A stretch of 64,000 bases of DNA, taken from positions 2,496,001-2,560,000 of the forward strand of contig CAWDXG010000004.1 of NCBI GenBank assembly GCA_963806225.1. The letters run 5' to 3'. Under the pieces are notes generated by a model. That model was not told where the DNA came from, did not search any database, and was given only the letters and a program-made list of their open reading frames with translations. This DNA is from an uncultured delta proteobacterium (GTDB lineage: Bacteria > Myxococcota_A > Polyangia > Polyangiales > Polyangiaceae). A program made the translations under genes and the position numbers. Below, piece after piece: positions 40,795-50,465 of this stretch. The stretch's first letter is position 1. Every line of letters starts with the position of its first letter.

Positions 40795-41579
40795 AGAGCT
40801 TTTCGGACAAGGTCGTGGTGGTCACGGGCGGAGCGGGCGGCATCGGGCGTGCGCTCTGCCGGCGTTTTCTGCGGGCCGGCGCGCACGTCGCCGCGCTGGA
40901 TCTCGACGCCGAAGCGCTTTCGGAAATCGAGAGCGAGGGCGTGCTCGCGCTCCGCTGCGACGTCACGAATGCGGAGGACTGCGAACGCGCCGCCGGCGCT
41001 GTGCGCGAGCGCTGGGGCGGCATCGACGTACTCATCAACAATGCCGGGCTCGTGCACCGCAGCAGCTTCCGCGACACCGACGTGAGCGTGTTCCGCCGCG
41101 TCATGGAAGTGAACTATTTCGGTTCGCTGAACGTCACCAAGGCCGCACTCGAGTCGCTGATCGCGCGGCGCGGGCTGATCATCGTGACTTCGAGCATCGC
41201 CGGGCTGGTGCCGCTCTACGGCCGCAGCGGCTACTCGGCGAGCAAGCACGCGCTGCACGGTCTGTTCGAGACGCTGCGCTCCGAGCTGGAACCCGACGTG
41301 GGCGTGCTCATGGTGTGCCCGTCCTTCACCCAGAGCGGCTTCGAACAGCGCGCGCTCGACGCCCACGGCGGTCGCGTCACCCGCGGGCGCTCACGTGTTG
41401 GCGGCGAAGCGACGCCCGAGAGCGTCGCCGACGCCGTCTTCGACGCAGCCGCCAACAATCGCCGACTGCTCGTGCTGTCGCCAGTCGGCAAGCTCGCCGT
41501 GTGGCTGTCGCGCGTCGCGCCCGCGCTCTACCAGCGGAACATGGTGAGAAAGCTCGCGAACGAGCTGGGCCAGAGCTAG
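40791..41579 (+). CDS. Classical SDR oxidoreductase
   Basis: TGGAGGIG, NNAG, YSASKHA. Confidence 0.92.
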   Translation: MKSFSDKVVVVTGGAGGIGRALCRRFLRAGAHVAALDLDAEALSEIESEGVLALRCDVTNAEDCERAAGAVRERWGGIDVLINNAGLVHRSSFRDTDVSVFRRVMEVNYFGSLNVTKAALESLIARRGLIIVTSSIAGLVPLYGRSGYSASKHALHGLFETLRSELEPDVGVLMVCPSFTQSGFEQRALDAHGGRVTRGRSRVGGEATPESVADAVFDAAANNRRLLVLSPVGKLAVWLSRVAPALYQRNMVRKLANELGQS

Positions 41580-41890
41580 CGCGTCGGCAGCTCCGCGACG
41601 GGCGTCGACGCGTCGAGGTACTTCTTCAGCTTGCCGGTGAGGTAGTCCTTGGCCTTGCCGCGCCAGAGCATACCCGGGTCCTCGCCGGAGAAGCGCACGC
41701 TCTTTTCGCCCACGTCGACGGCGCCCTCGATGCTGACGACCATGTACTTGCCGCGGATGTTCGCGCGGTCGTCGCCGTCCCAGGTCACGTTGATGCCGTG
41801 CTTGTTCTGGAGGTAGTCGCCGAGCGCGTGGATGCGGGCGCGGGCGTCCTCGATGGGCAGGCTGTGCGGATAGTCGATCTCGAAGGCCAT
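41576..41890 (-). CDS. Polyhydroxyalkanoic acid system family protein
   Basis: Small protein MAFEIDYPHSL..EDARARI...KHGINVTWDGD. Confidence 0.7.
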   Translation of the reverse strand: MAFEIDYPHSLPIEDARARIHALGDYLQNKHGINVTWDGDDRANIRGKYMVVSIEGAVDVGEKSVRFSGEDPGMLWRGKAKDYLTGKLKKYLDASTPVAELPTR

Positions 41891-42050
41891 GACGACGGCG
41901 ACCGTACTACGTGCCCTTCGACGAAAGCGAGCCGCGGCGGAGGCCAGCCGAGACCGCTCGCGTCCCGACTCACACCACCTCCCGCCAAGCGCCTGTTTTC
42001 GCCTCCAAGCTCCGCTTGGCGCCATTTCCAGGCACCCAGCGCGCCACCGC

Positions 42051-42091
42051 TTGACACCACTGCCCCTCAGTGGTCTAGTGGCTGAGCCACT
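42051..42091 (+). promoter_or_regulatory. -35 TTGACA and FadR/GntR-type palindrome
   Basis: TTGACA at 42051; AGTGGCT-G-AGCCACT at 42077-42091. Confidence 0.55.
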
Positions 42092-42108
42092 GGTTCACCG
42101 GGTAACCC

Positions 42109-42861
42109 ATGACCGCCGTCCAACCGCTCGAACGCCGCTCGCTGGTCGATCTGCTGACCGAAAAGCTCCGCGAGGAGATCCTCAGCGGCCGCTACAAAAA
42201 GGGCGCCACGCTGCCACCCGAGCGCGAGCTGGCCGAGTCGCTGCGCGTCAATCGCACCTCGCTCAAGCACGCGCTGATGCGCCTGGAGCAGCTCGGCCTG
42301 ATCGCCATCCGCCACGGCATCGGCTCGATCGTGCTGGATCCGACGGAGACGGCGGGCGCCGAGCTCATCGCGCACCTAGTGTTCCGCGAGCAGGGCATCG
42401 ACGGCAAGATGCTCGGCGATCTCATCGAAGCGCGCACGCTGCTGGGCGGCTTCCTGGCGCGGCTCGCGGCGGAGCGCTGCCATCCCGAGGATCTCGACCG
42501 CATGGACGCGCTCATCGCCGAGCTCGCCGACGAGTCGCTTCCGCCCGCGGACGTGCAGCGGGTGGAGCTCGAGTTCTTCCGCGCGTCGCTCTTGGCCACG
42601 AACAACAAGGTCTTCGCGCTGCTCGCGAACTCGATGTTCTCGGTCTATCGCTCGCGCGCCTCGATGTTCGAGGACGCCTTCATCGACCGGGCCTTCGTGC
42701 ACCAGTCGGTGACGCGCATCCGCGATGCCATCGAGGACGGCGACAGCACTGGCGCCGAGCGCGCCGCACTCGAATATCTCCGCGAGAACGGCGAGCGACT
42801 GGTCACCGCCGCGGTCAGCCGCATGAGCGAAGAGCCGAAACGCGAAAAGGGCAGGAAATAG
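42109..42861 (+). CDS. FadR/GntR family regulator
   Basis: LPPERELAESLRVNRTSLKHAL..LEQLGLI; FCD-like C-terminus. Confidence 0.92.
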   Translation: MTAVQPLERRSLVDLLTEKLREEILSGRYKKGATLPPERELAESLRVNRTSLKHALMRLEQLGLIAIRHGIGSIVLDPTETAGAELIAHLVFREQGIDGKMLGDLIEARTLLGGFLARLAAERCHPEDLDRMDALIAELADESLPPADVQRVELEFFRASLLATNNKVFALLANSMFSVYRSRASMFEDAFIDRAFVHQSVTRIRDAIEDGDSTGAERAALEYLRENGERLVTAAVSRMSEEPKREKGRK

Positions 42862-42879
42862 CCCTCGAGGGAGGCCCCG

Positions 42880-43356
42880 ATGAGCATCGGACTACACGGA
42901 TTCAGCGAGACGATGAGCGGTACCTGGACGCCGGTCGACGGCAGCGGTCGCCGCGTGCTGTCGTTCAGCGTCGACGCCGACGCCACGAACGCCCTTCTGT
43001 ACCTGAAAGACGGCGCGATGGAGCTTTCCGGCACCATGCGCGCCGAAGGGCTCGCCACCGAAGCACCGGCTGAGGGGACGCTCGAGGTGCAGCCGCTGCG
43101 CCGCCGCATCGCCTACAGCCTCGAGTTCAAGGGCGACGACGGAAAGCTGTACCGCTTCGACGGGCGGAAGACGCTGTCCTTGTTCCGCCCGCTCAAGGGC
43201 GCCACCACCCTGCCGGGCGAGCTCACCGACCGCCACGGCGCGCTCGTCGGCCGCGCGCTGGTTCGCTTCGACCTGCGCCGCGATCTCGTGAGCTTCCTCC
43301 GCACCTTCCGCCCCGCGCGTAGCGAACCGCGCCAGCTTTCCCCGAAGACGACATGA
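42880..43356 (+). CDS. Hypothetical protein resembling beta domains associated with GMC oxidases
   Basis: GFSETMSG, YSLEF..DDG..YRFDGRK, TTL; translationally coupled to the GMC gene. Confidence 0.65.
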   Translation: MSIGLHGFSETMSGTWTPVDGSGRRVLSFSVDADATNALLYLKDGAMELSGTMRAEGLATEAPAEGTLEVQPLRRRIAYSLEFKGDDGKLYRFDGRKTLSLFRPLKGATTLPGELTDRHGALVGRALVRFDLRRDLVSFLRTFRPARSEPRQLSPKTT

Positions 43357-45332
43357 CCACGACCTCCCCTGATCTGGTGCAAATCTCGGCCAAGCCCGCG
43401 GAAGCGCCGCCCGCGGAGCTTCCCGGCGAGCGCGCCCGCGCCGTGTTCGGCGAGCGCGGCCTCACCGTCGCCCGCGCGCTGGCCGAGGCCGTGCTGCCGT
43501 CCGGCACGCTTCTGCCCGCCGCCGACGAACGCACTCTGGATCGCTGGGCCGGCGCCGTGCGCTACTTCGGAGTCCCCGAGTCGGCCTTCCCGCGCCTGCT
43601 CGATCTGCTGGAGGTGGCGACCCTGCCCCGCTACAGGAAGCGCTTTACGCAGCTTTCCAGACAGGACCGCGCGGACTTCGTCTTCAGCTGGCACGACAAG
43701 GATCCGCTGCGCCGCGCGCTGTTCCTGGCGCTCGTCTACCCGCTTCGCAACGCCCACTTCGACGACAAGGGCGTCTACCAGAAGCTCGGCTGCGTCTGGG
43801 AAAACCCCGCCGTCGCCGACGCCACGCCGCGCTGGATGCAGCAGGTGAGCTCCGCTGCCGATCTCGACGAGGAGGAGATCGAGTGCGAGGTCGTCGTGGT
43901 GGGCACGGGAGCGGGGGGTGCGGTGGTCGCCAAGGAGCTGGCCGAGCGCGGGGTGGCCGTGCTGCTCGTGGAAGAAGGCGAGTACTACCAGCGCAAGGAC
44001 TTCATCCGCCGCTCGATGCCGGGCATGCGCCGCCTGTACAAGAACGGCGGACTCACCGGCGTCGTGGGCAACTGCGTGATCCCGATCCCGCTCGGCAAGA
44101 ACGTCGGCGGCTCCACCACCATCAACACCGGCACCTGCCTGCGCGCACCCGACTGGATCCTCGACCGCTGGCGGAGCGAGCATGGCCTCTCCGACTTCAC
44201 GCCCGACTACCTCGGCCAGTTCTACGACAAGGTCGAGTCGACGCTGGAGGTCGCTCCCGCAACGGAGAAGGCCAACGGCGCGCCCGCCCGGGTCGTCGCA
44301 GAGGGCTGCGACGCGCTCGGATGGAGCCACTTCCCCGTGCCACGCAATGCGCCGGGCTGCGACGGACAGGGAGTCTGCCAATGGGGCTGCCCGACCGAGG
44401 CCAAGCGCAGCATGAACGTGTCCTACGTACCGATGGCGCTCGAGCGCGGCGCAGCGCTCGTCACGGGATTGAAGGTCGAGCGCGTCCTGGTCGAAAACGG
44501 GCGCGCCGTCGGCGTGAGCGGGCGCGCCGTCGCCAACGGCCGGCAAATCCGCGTCCGCGCGCGCGGCGTGGTGCTCGCGTGCGGATCGATGGCCACACCC
44601 GCGTTGCTCCTGAAAAACCGCCTTGCCAACTCCAGCGGCCAGGTCGGCAAAAACCTCACCATCCACCCCGCCACCGGCGTCAGCGCGCTGTTCGACCGCG
44701 ACATCCGCGGCTTCGAGCACGTGCCGCAGGGCCACGGCGTCGACCAGTTCCACCGCGACGGCATGCTCATGCTCGGCGCCGGCGCGCCGCTCGACATGGG
44801 CGCGAACATGTTCCCCTACGTGGGTGACCGCTACATGGAGCTGATGCAGCGCTACGATCGCATCGCCTCCTACGGCGTGATGGTCGAGGACCGCCCCAAC
44901 GGGCGCATCGTGCTCGGCCCCGGCGGAGTGCCGATCCCGCTCTACCGCCTCGGCAGGCACGAGCGGCGCCTGCTCGCCCGCGGCAGCGCCGCGGTGGCGC
45001 GTATCTTCCGCGCCGCCGGCGCGCGCGAGATCTTCACGGAGATCAAGGGCCACGAGGAGCTCGCGACCCTCGAGGACATCGAGCGGCTCGAGCGGAGCTG
45101 CCCGAGCCCGCTCGACATCATCATGATCGCCTTCCACCCCCTCGGCACCTGCCGCATGGGCGCCGACCCGGAGAAGAGCGTCGTCGACAGCTACCACGAG
45201 ACGCACGACGTACCCGGGCTGTACATCGTCGACGGCTCCGTCGTGCCCACCAGCATCGCCGTCAACACGCAGCTCACGATCATGGCGCTCGCCACGCGCG
45301 CGGCATCGCTGATCGCCGAACGGTTCAACTAG
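43353..45332 (+). CDS. GMC family FAD oxidoreductase (long-chain alcohol oxidase-like)
   Basis: VVGTGAGG, VGGSTTIN, CDGQGVCQWGCP, HPLGTCRMG, VDGS. Confidence 0.92.
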   Translation: MTTTSPDLVQISAKPAEAPPAELPGERARAVFGERGLTVARALAEAVLPSGTLLPAADERTLDRWAGAVRYFGVPESAFPRLLDLLEVATLPRYRKRFTQLSRQDRADFVFSWHDKDPLRRALFLALVYPLRNAHFDDKGVYQKLGCVWENPAVADATPRWMQQVSSAADLDEEEIECEVVVVGTGAGGAVVAKELAERGVAVLLVEEGEYYQRKDFIRRSMPGMRRLYKNGGLTGVVGNCVIPIPLGKNVGGSTTINTGTCLRAPDWILDRWRSEHGLSDFTPDYLGQFYDKVESTLEVAPATEKANGAPARVVAEGCDALGWSHFPVPRNAPGCDGQGVCQWGCPTEAKRSMNVSYVPMALERGAALVTGLKVERVLVENGRAVGVSGRAVANGRQIRVRARGVVLACGSMATPALLLKNRLANSSGQVGKNLTIHPATGVSALFDRDIRGFEHVPQGHGVDQFHRDGMLMLGAGAPLDMGANMFPYVGDRYMELMQRYDRIASYGVMVEDRPNGRIVLGPGGVPIPLYRLGRHERRLLARGSAAVARIFRAAGAREIFTEIKGHEELATLEDIERLERSCPSPLDIIMIAFHPLGTCRMGADPEKSVVDSYHETHDVPGLYIVDGSVVPTSIAVNTQLTIMALATRAASLIAERFN

Positions 45333-45360
45333 AGCGCCGCACGCCGCGGACGGGGGCAGG

Positions 45361-45519
45361 GCCTGCTCTGGGGTGGTCGACGGCTGGCGCTGCGACGGCA
45401 ACACTGTCTACCAGCGCGATCACGACACGCACGGCAAGGGCGCCTTCTGCCTCGGCTGCCAACTCGATGCGAGCGGAGCACCTTTCACCAGATACGGCCG
45501 CGTGTGCCCCGAGTTCTAG
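45361..45519 (+). pseudogene. Start-less 3' remnant of a Cys-rich repeat gene
   Basis: Open frame ACSGVVDGWRCDGNTVYQR...FCLGCQ...RVCPEF*. Confidence 0.4.
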
Positions 45520-45562
45520 CGGGTTCCCGTCGCACCCCGCCGGCGAGTGACCACGCGGCGGT

Positions 45563-48017
45563 CTACTTCTCGATCATCTTGTCGCCGAACAGATCCTTTT
45601 CGAGCTTCTTCATCCTGTTCGACAGCGTCTTCTTCTTGAACAGCGAGTAGCTGACCATGGCCTTTCCGGCGAGCGCGGCGTCGAGCTTGACGCCGCCGAT
45701 CTTGTCGATGCGGTAGCCCTGCTCCACCTTTCCGCCGCGCGGGTCGGAGGTGTACAGCACCGTGTCGTAGCTGCCGTTGTTGTCGGTGTCGTAGTAGGCC
45801 CAGGCGAGGCCGTTGCGCTGGAAGTAGGCGAACTCGGCGTCGACCTTGCCCTTCTTGACGAGCTTGTTCACGTCGAGCTTCTTCAGCGACTTGAAGCGCA
45901 GCGTGCTCTCGTCCAGGTCCACCAGGTAGCCATCGCTCCCCTGCCCCTGCGCGACCACGACCGAGCGTTTCTCCGCTTTCGTCTTCATCAAGGAGAAGCC
46001 CACACCGCGGTGGTCCTTGATCGGATCCGGAAAGGAGCCGAGCCCTGCATCCGACGCCGAGAGGATCGACAGGAAGCTCTTGTCGACCATCGTGCGCAGC
46101 CGCGCGGCCATCGCGCCGTGCCCGAGCAGCTCCGGTCGGATCAGCTTGCGGCCGATGTCCTCCGGCGCCGGTGTGCGCTTGCCGTTGGCGTCGACGTGCC
46201 AGGCCTCGGCCGCGACGTAGAGCCGCGTCCTCGGCGAGTGCAGCACCAGATCCATACGCCCGTCGTTGTCCGTGTCGTACCAGACCCACATGTGCGTGCT
46301 CTGCGTGATGATGGACGCCTCCGGGTCGAGCACGCCGGGCTTGAGCGTCTTCTGCAGGTCGAACGTGAACGGCAGCGAGCTCACGGAATTCTGGTCGGCG
46401 TCCAGCACGAGCCGCGTGCTGAAGGCGTTGGAGACGCGGATGGCGTCCTTCACGCCGTCGTGATCCGAGATCCTCCGTCATGCCCTTGCCGGTGCTGCCG
46501 ACCGCATCGGGCAGCGTGTCGCCGAGCGACGACGAGGCCTCCACGTAGCGGTCGGGAAACGCCGCCGAGGCCACTCGCTGCAGCCGCTGGCGGAGCGATA
46601 CGTCCTTCATCAGGCTCATGCGGATCACGCGCCCGCTGATGAGCGAGTCGTCTTTTTCGAGCGCGCCGCTCTTGTCGATTCGGTAGGCCGCGCTGGCGCG
46701 CCCGGTCGTGCCCTGGTCCACGAGCAGCACGTCGTAGCGCCCGTCGTTGTCCGTGTCGTACCAGACCAGCGAGCGCCCCTCGAGCCTGAGGTAGACGACC
46801 TCGGCGTCGAAGTCGCGCTTCTTGTACGTGTCGGCGAGATCGGGCAGCGCGCTCTTTCCCTTGTAGCTGTTCTGGTCGAGATCCATGAACACCGCCGCGC
46901 TCTGCCGCGTGCAGTAGAAGCAGGCGCGCCGGCCCTGCAGGAGCAGCACGTCGACCTTGCCGTCCAGGTCGGCGTCCTCGTAGCTCGCGTCGCCGCCGCC
47001 GTCGCGCCACGGGTCGGGCACGAGCTGGGCGGGTTTGTCCGGATGATGCGCCAGGAACTTCCGGATCTCGTTGACGTGGACGTGGAAGCTCAATAGCCCT
47101 CCCGTCCGCGGGTCCTTGTTGGAAAAGGCGTTCAGCCCGACAAGCTCGCCGCCGTTGGTCACCAAAGGTCCGCCGCTGTCGCCGGGCAGGATGTTGCAGG
47201 TCGACTGGATGACGAGCCCGAGGTTCTGCTTGTCCAAAAACTTCTTGAACTGCGCGGAGGCTTTCTGGCCCGCCGCGTCGCTCTTGAAGCTGGCAAGCGT
47301 CGCCAGGTGATCGGACAGCTTGCCGAGTGCGGAGATCTCGCCGGCCTTGATCGCCCACAGCATTCCCGCACCCGCGTTGCCGATCGCGATCACCGGCTCG
47401 CCCGGGATCGGCTTCTTGCCCGCCAGCGGCACGAACGGCAGCTTCTTCGGCGCGTGCTCGATCTTGAGCAGAGCCAGATCCCGCAGCTTGTCGTCCTTGT
47501 AGACGTACGCGACGTACTGCTTCTTGTCGCGCTCCATGCCGCCGCTGCTCTTGTCGATATGGCCGAGCACGATCTTGACGTGCGTCTTGAAGTTCTCGGT
47601 GGTGCCGTGCTCGATAACGTGGTGGTTCGTCAGCACCCAGCCGGCCGGGTCGATGATGACGCCGCTACCGAGCCCGCCGTTCACCCGCACGATCACCGTG
47701 GCCGGCGCCACAGTGCGGTACACCTCCTCGGCGCTCTTCGGCGGGCGCGGCGCCGAGCGCACCACGCCGAGGCTGTCCGGCGCGACCGCGTTGCGCGCAC
47801 GGCGATCGATCAGCTTCGGGCTGGCAACGCGCTCGCTCTTCGGGATGGCCTGCTTGTTCTTTTCGAGCTGGGTGGTCTGGGTGACCGCGCTGCTCTCCTC
47901 GTGCTGGGCGGGCGCGGCCGGCGGCGGCGCTGCGCCCCCGCAACCCACGCCCCCCGCGGCGAACGCGAGCAGCAACGCCCAGAGACCGGTCCTGCCCGAA
48001 ACTCCGAAAGCATCCAC
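45563..48017 (-). CDS. Trypsin-like (S1) serine protease lipoprotein with repeated DxDxDG domains; apparent +1 frameshift at about 46465
   Basis: GVGC lipobox; LTNHHV, RDLALL, PGDSGG; three (W/Y)YDTDN(D/N)G..D repeats; removing one base restores EDLDHDGVKD. Confidence 0.85.
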
Positions 48018-48180
48018 GACGACACTCCTCCGTTGGGCCCCCACGCGCCGGGAACCCGCCTAATAGCCAGCAGCCCAGCCTAGCAGAGCGCCGGCCGCGG
48101 CTCATGGCTCTGGACACGCGCCGCCGGAGCGGACATGACAGCGACGTGACCGCGAGCACGATGGGAAGCAAGGCGACGAA

Positions 48181-48780
48181 ATGACGTGGGAAAACGCCTG
48201 GCGGGAAGGCAGGACAGGCTGGGATGCGGGCGGCTCGCCGCCGGCACTGCTCGAGCTATTGCGTTCGGGCTCGCTGCCGGAGGGGCGCGCGCTCGTGCCG
48301 GGATGCGGCACTGGCTACGACGTGCTGACGCTCGCCTCGGAGCGGCGCGCGGTGACCGGGCTCGATGTGGCGCCCACGGCGGCCACGCGCTTCGAGACGC
48401 TGCGCCGAGAGCTCGGCGTACCGGAAGCGCAGGCGCGCGTCGTCGTGACCGACTTCTTCGACTTCGAACCGGACGACCGCTTCGAGCTGGCGTGGGACTA
48501 CACGTTCTTCTGCGCCATCGACCCCGAGCGTCGCGCGGCGTGGGGGCGGCGCATGGCCGAGCTGATCGCACCGGGCGGGCTCGTCGTGTCGCTGGTGTTC
48601 CCCGTCGTGCCCGGCGCGCCGCCCGATCGCGGCCCGCCCTACGCCATCCACCCCGACGACCTGGGCGCGGCGCTCGGCGACGCGTTCGAAAGCGTGTCGG
48701 TCGAGCCCGTCACCGAGAGCCACTCCGGGCGCGAAGGCAAGGAGCTGCTCGCCCGCTGGCGCCGTCGCGAGTCGGTGTAG
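48181..48780 (+). CDS. Thiopurine/halide/thiol S-methyltransferase (TPMT/HMT family)
   Basis: TGWDAG, GRALVPGCGTGYD, DFF, DYTFFCAI.P..R..W, GPPY. Confidence 0.88.
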   Translation: MTWENAWREGRTGWDAGGSPPALLELLRSGSLPEGRALVPGCGTGYDVLTLASERRAVTGLDVAPTAATRFETLRRELGVPEAQARVVVTDFFDFEPDDRFELAWDYTFFCAIDPERRAAWGRRMAELIAPGGLVVSLVFPVVPGAPPDRGPPYAIHPDDLGAALGDAFESVSVEPVTESHSGREGKELLARWRRRESV

Positions 48781-48784
48781 ACTC

Positions 48785-49222
48785 GTGGGCATGTTGCGCC
48801 GCACGCTGCTTCTCGCACCGGTTCTGCTTGCCTTCGCCGCCTGCGGCGGGCCGAGCTCGACGCTGCACACACTGCACCCGCCGACCGGCAAGGGCAATGT
48901 GGACTTCCAGGTGGAAAATCGCAGCGACGTGCCCATCAACAATTTCTACCTGGCGCCGACGGCGCGCCTGCGCGCGGCCCACGTGGAGCGGCTCGACCCC
49001 GACTCGCCCGACGCCGCCACCGCGTGGGGCCCCGATCGCCTGCCCGGCTCGGCGCTGGAAGTCGGCGGTCGCGTGCGGATCGCGGTACCGGAGCCGGGCC
49101 GCTACGACGCCCGCGCGGTCGACCGCGATGGCCGTTACCAGCACGTCGGCGGGCTCAGGCTCGGCGCCGGCGGCAAGTACATCCTCGAGTTGCACGAGGG
49201 CGGCTGGCGCCGGGCGCAATAG
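48785..49222 (+). CDS. Small lipoprotein of unknown function
   Basis: FAAC lipobox; VENRS..PI..FYLAP...WGPDRL. Confidence 0.75.
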   Translation: MGMLRRTLLLAPVLLAFAACGGPSSTLHTLHPPTGKGNVDFQVENRSDVPINNFYLAPTARLRAAHVERLDPDSPDAATAWGPDRLPGSALEVGGRVRIAVPEPGRYDARAVDRDGRYQHVGGLRLGAGGKYILELHEGGWRRAQ

Positions 49223-49261
49223 CGCGCCGAATAGGATCGACCGCCCGGGCGTTCGGAGCAC

Positions 49262-50389
49262 ATGGCGCCGCCTTCCGTGATCACGCGCCGCGCGTTCTCG
49301 CTGGGCGCGCTGGCCGCGCTCGCCGCGCCGGAGGTGCGCGCATCAGGCCTGTCGTCGCTGCCGCACGTGTCGCTCGGCTGCTTTCCGACACCGGTCGATC
49401 ACGCCGAAGAGCTCGGCGAGCACCTCGGCATCGCGCGGCTCTACGTCAAGCGCGACGACCTGGGCGGAAAGCCGTACGGCGGCAGCAAGCTGCGCAAGCT
49501 CGAACCGCTGCTCGGCCAGGCGCTGGCGCAGAAGCGGCAGCTCGTCGTGACGTTCGGCGGCGTCGGCTCGAACCAGGCCGTGGCGACCAGCGTCTACGCC
49601 TCGCGCCTGGGGATGAAGACGCTGCTGTTGCTCCTGCCGCAGCCGCCCAGCGCGGAAGTGCGTGAGAACCTCCTCGCCGACGCGAGCTATGGCGCCGAGC
49701 TCCGCATGTCGCCGGGACAGAGCGGACAGCGCGCCGCCGCGCTGCACCTCGCCGCCGCCCGCGGCGAGACGCCGTACATCATACCGATGGGCGGCTCCTC
49801 GCCGCTCGGCAACTCGGGCTTCGTGAAGGCGGCGCACGAGCTCGCCGCGCAGGTGCGAGCCGGCGTGTTGCCCGAGCCGGACGTGATCTACATCGCGATG
49901 GGCACGATGGGCAGCGCCGTGGGGCTCGCGCTCGGACTGCGCGCCGCCGGCATGAAGACGCACGTCGTCGCCGTCCGCGCCTCCAACCGCGGCACGTCCA
50001 CGCCCGCGCGCTTCTTCGCCCTCTCGCAACGCACCGCCGCGTTCCTCCATGCACACGACGCCGCGCTCAGCCCGCGCGCGCTGTCGCCCAGGGACGTGAC
50101 CCTCGACGGCCGCCACCTCGGCCGCGGCTACGCGCTGTCCACGCGCAAGGGCCGAGCCGCGATGAACCTGGCGCGCCATCTCGCAGGCCTCGAGCTCGAG
50201 CCCGTCTACACCGCCAAGGCGCTCTCGGCGCTCATCGACGACGCCCCTCACCTGGAGAACAAGGTCGTGCTGTTCTGGAACACCCACAACTCGCGCCCGC
50301 TCGACCTGCACGACGTCGCGCCCGGAGATCTGCCACGCGCCTTCCACGGCTATTTCGCCGGATCGCGCCAGGGCGGTGCCGCCCCTTGA
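49262..50389 (+). CDS. D-cysteine desulfhydrase / ACC deaminase family PLP enzyme
   Basis: PTPV, LYVKRDD, GGSKLRKLE, SNQA, IPMGGS, GTMGS, EPVYTAKA. Confidence 0.88.
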   Translation: MAPPSVITRRAFSLGALAALAAPEVRASGLSSLPHVSLGCFPTPVDHAEELGEHLGIARLYVKRDDLGGKPYGGSKLRKLEPLLGQALAQKRQLVVTFGGVGSNQAVATSVYASRLGMKTLLLLLPQPPSAEVRENLLADASYGAELRMSPGQSGQRAAALHLAAARGETPYIIPMGGSSPLGNSGFVKAAHELAAQVRAGVLPEPDVIYIAMGTMGSAVGLALGLRAAGMKTHVVAVRASNRGTSTPARFFALSQRTAAFLHAHDAALSPRALSPRDVTLDGRHLGRGYALSTRKGRAAMNLARHLAGLELEPVYTAKALSALIDDAPHLENKVVLFWNTHNSRPLDLHDVAPGDLPRAFHGYFAGSRQGGAAP

Positions 50390-50465
50390 GGGGGTGGGTC
50401 CTGGCAGCCGCTGCGCCCGCAGCGCCGGCGCTACACCGCCGGCTGTTCGCGTCCCTGGCGCCGGC

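Noticed and set aside
49262..50389. True ACC deaminase (acdS)
   Set aside because: Lacks the PVYE and HLGG signature residues; has PVYT
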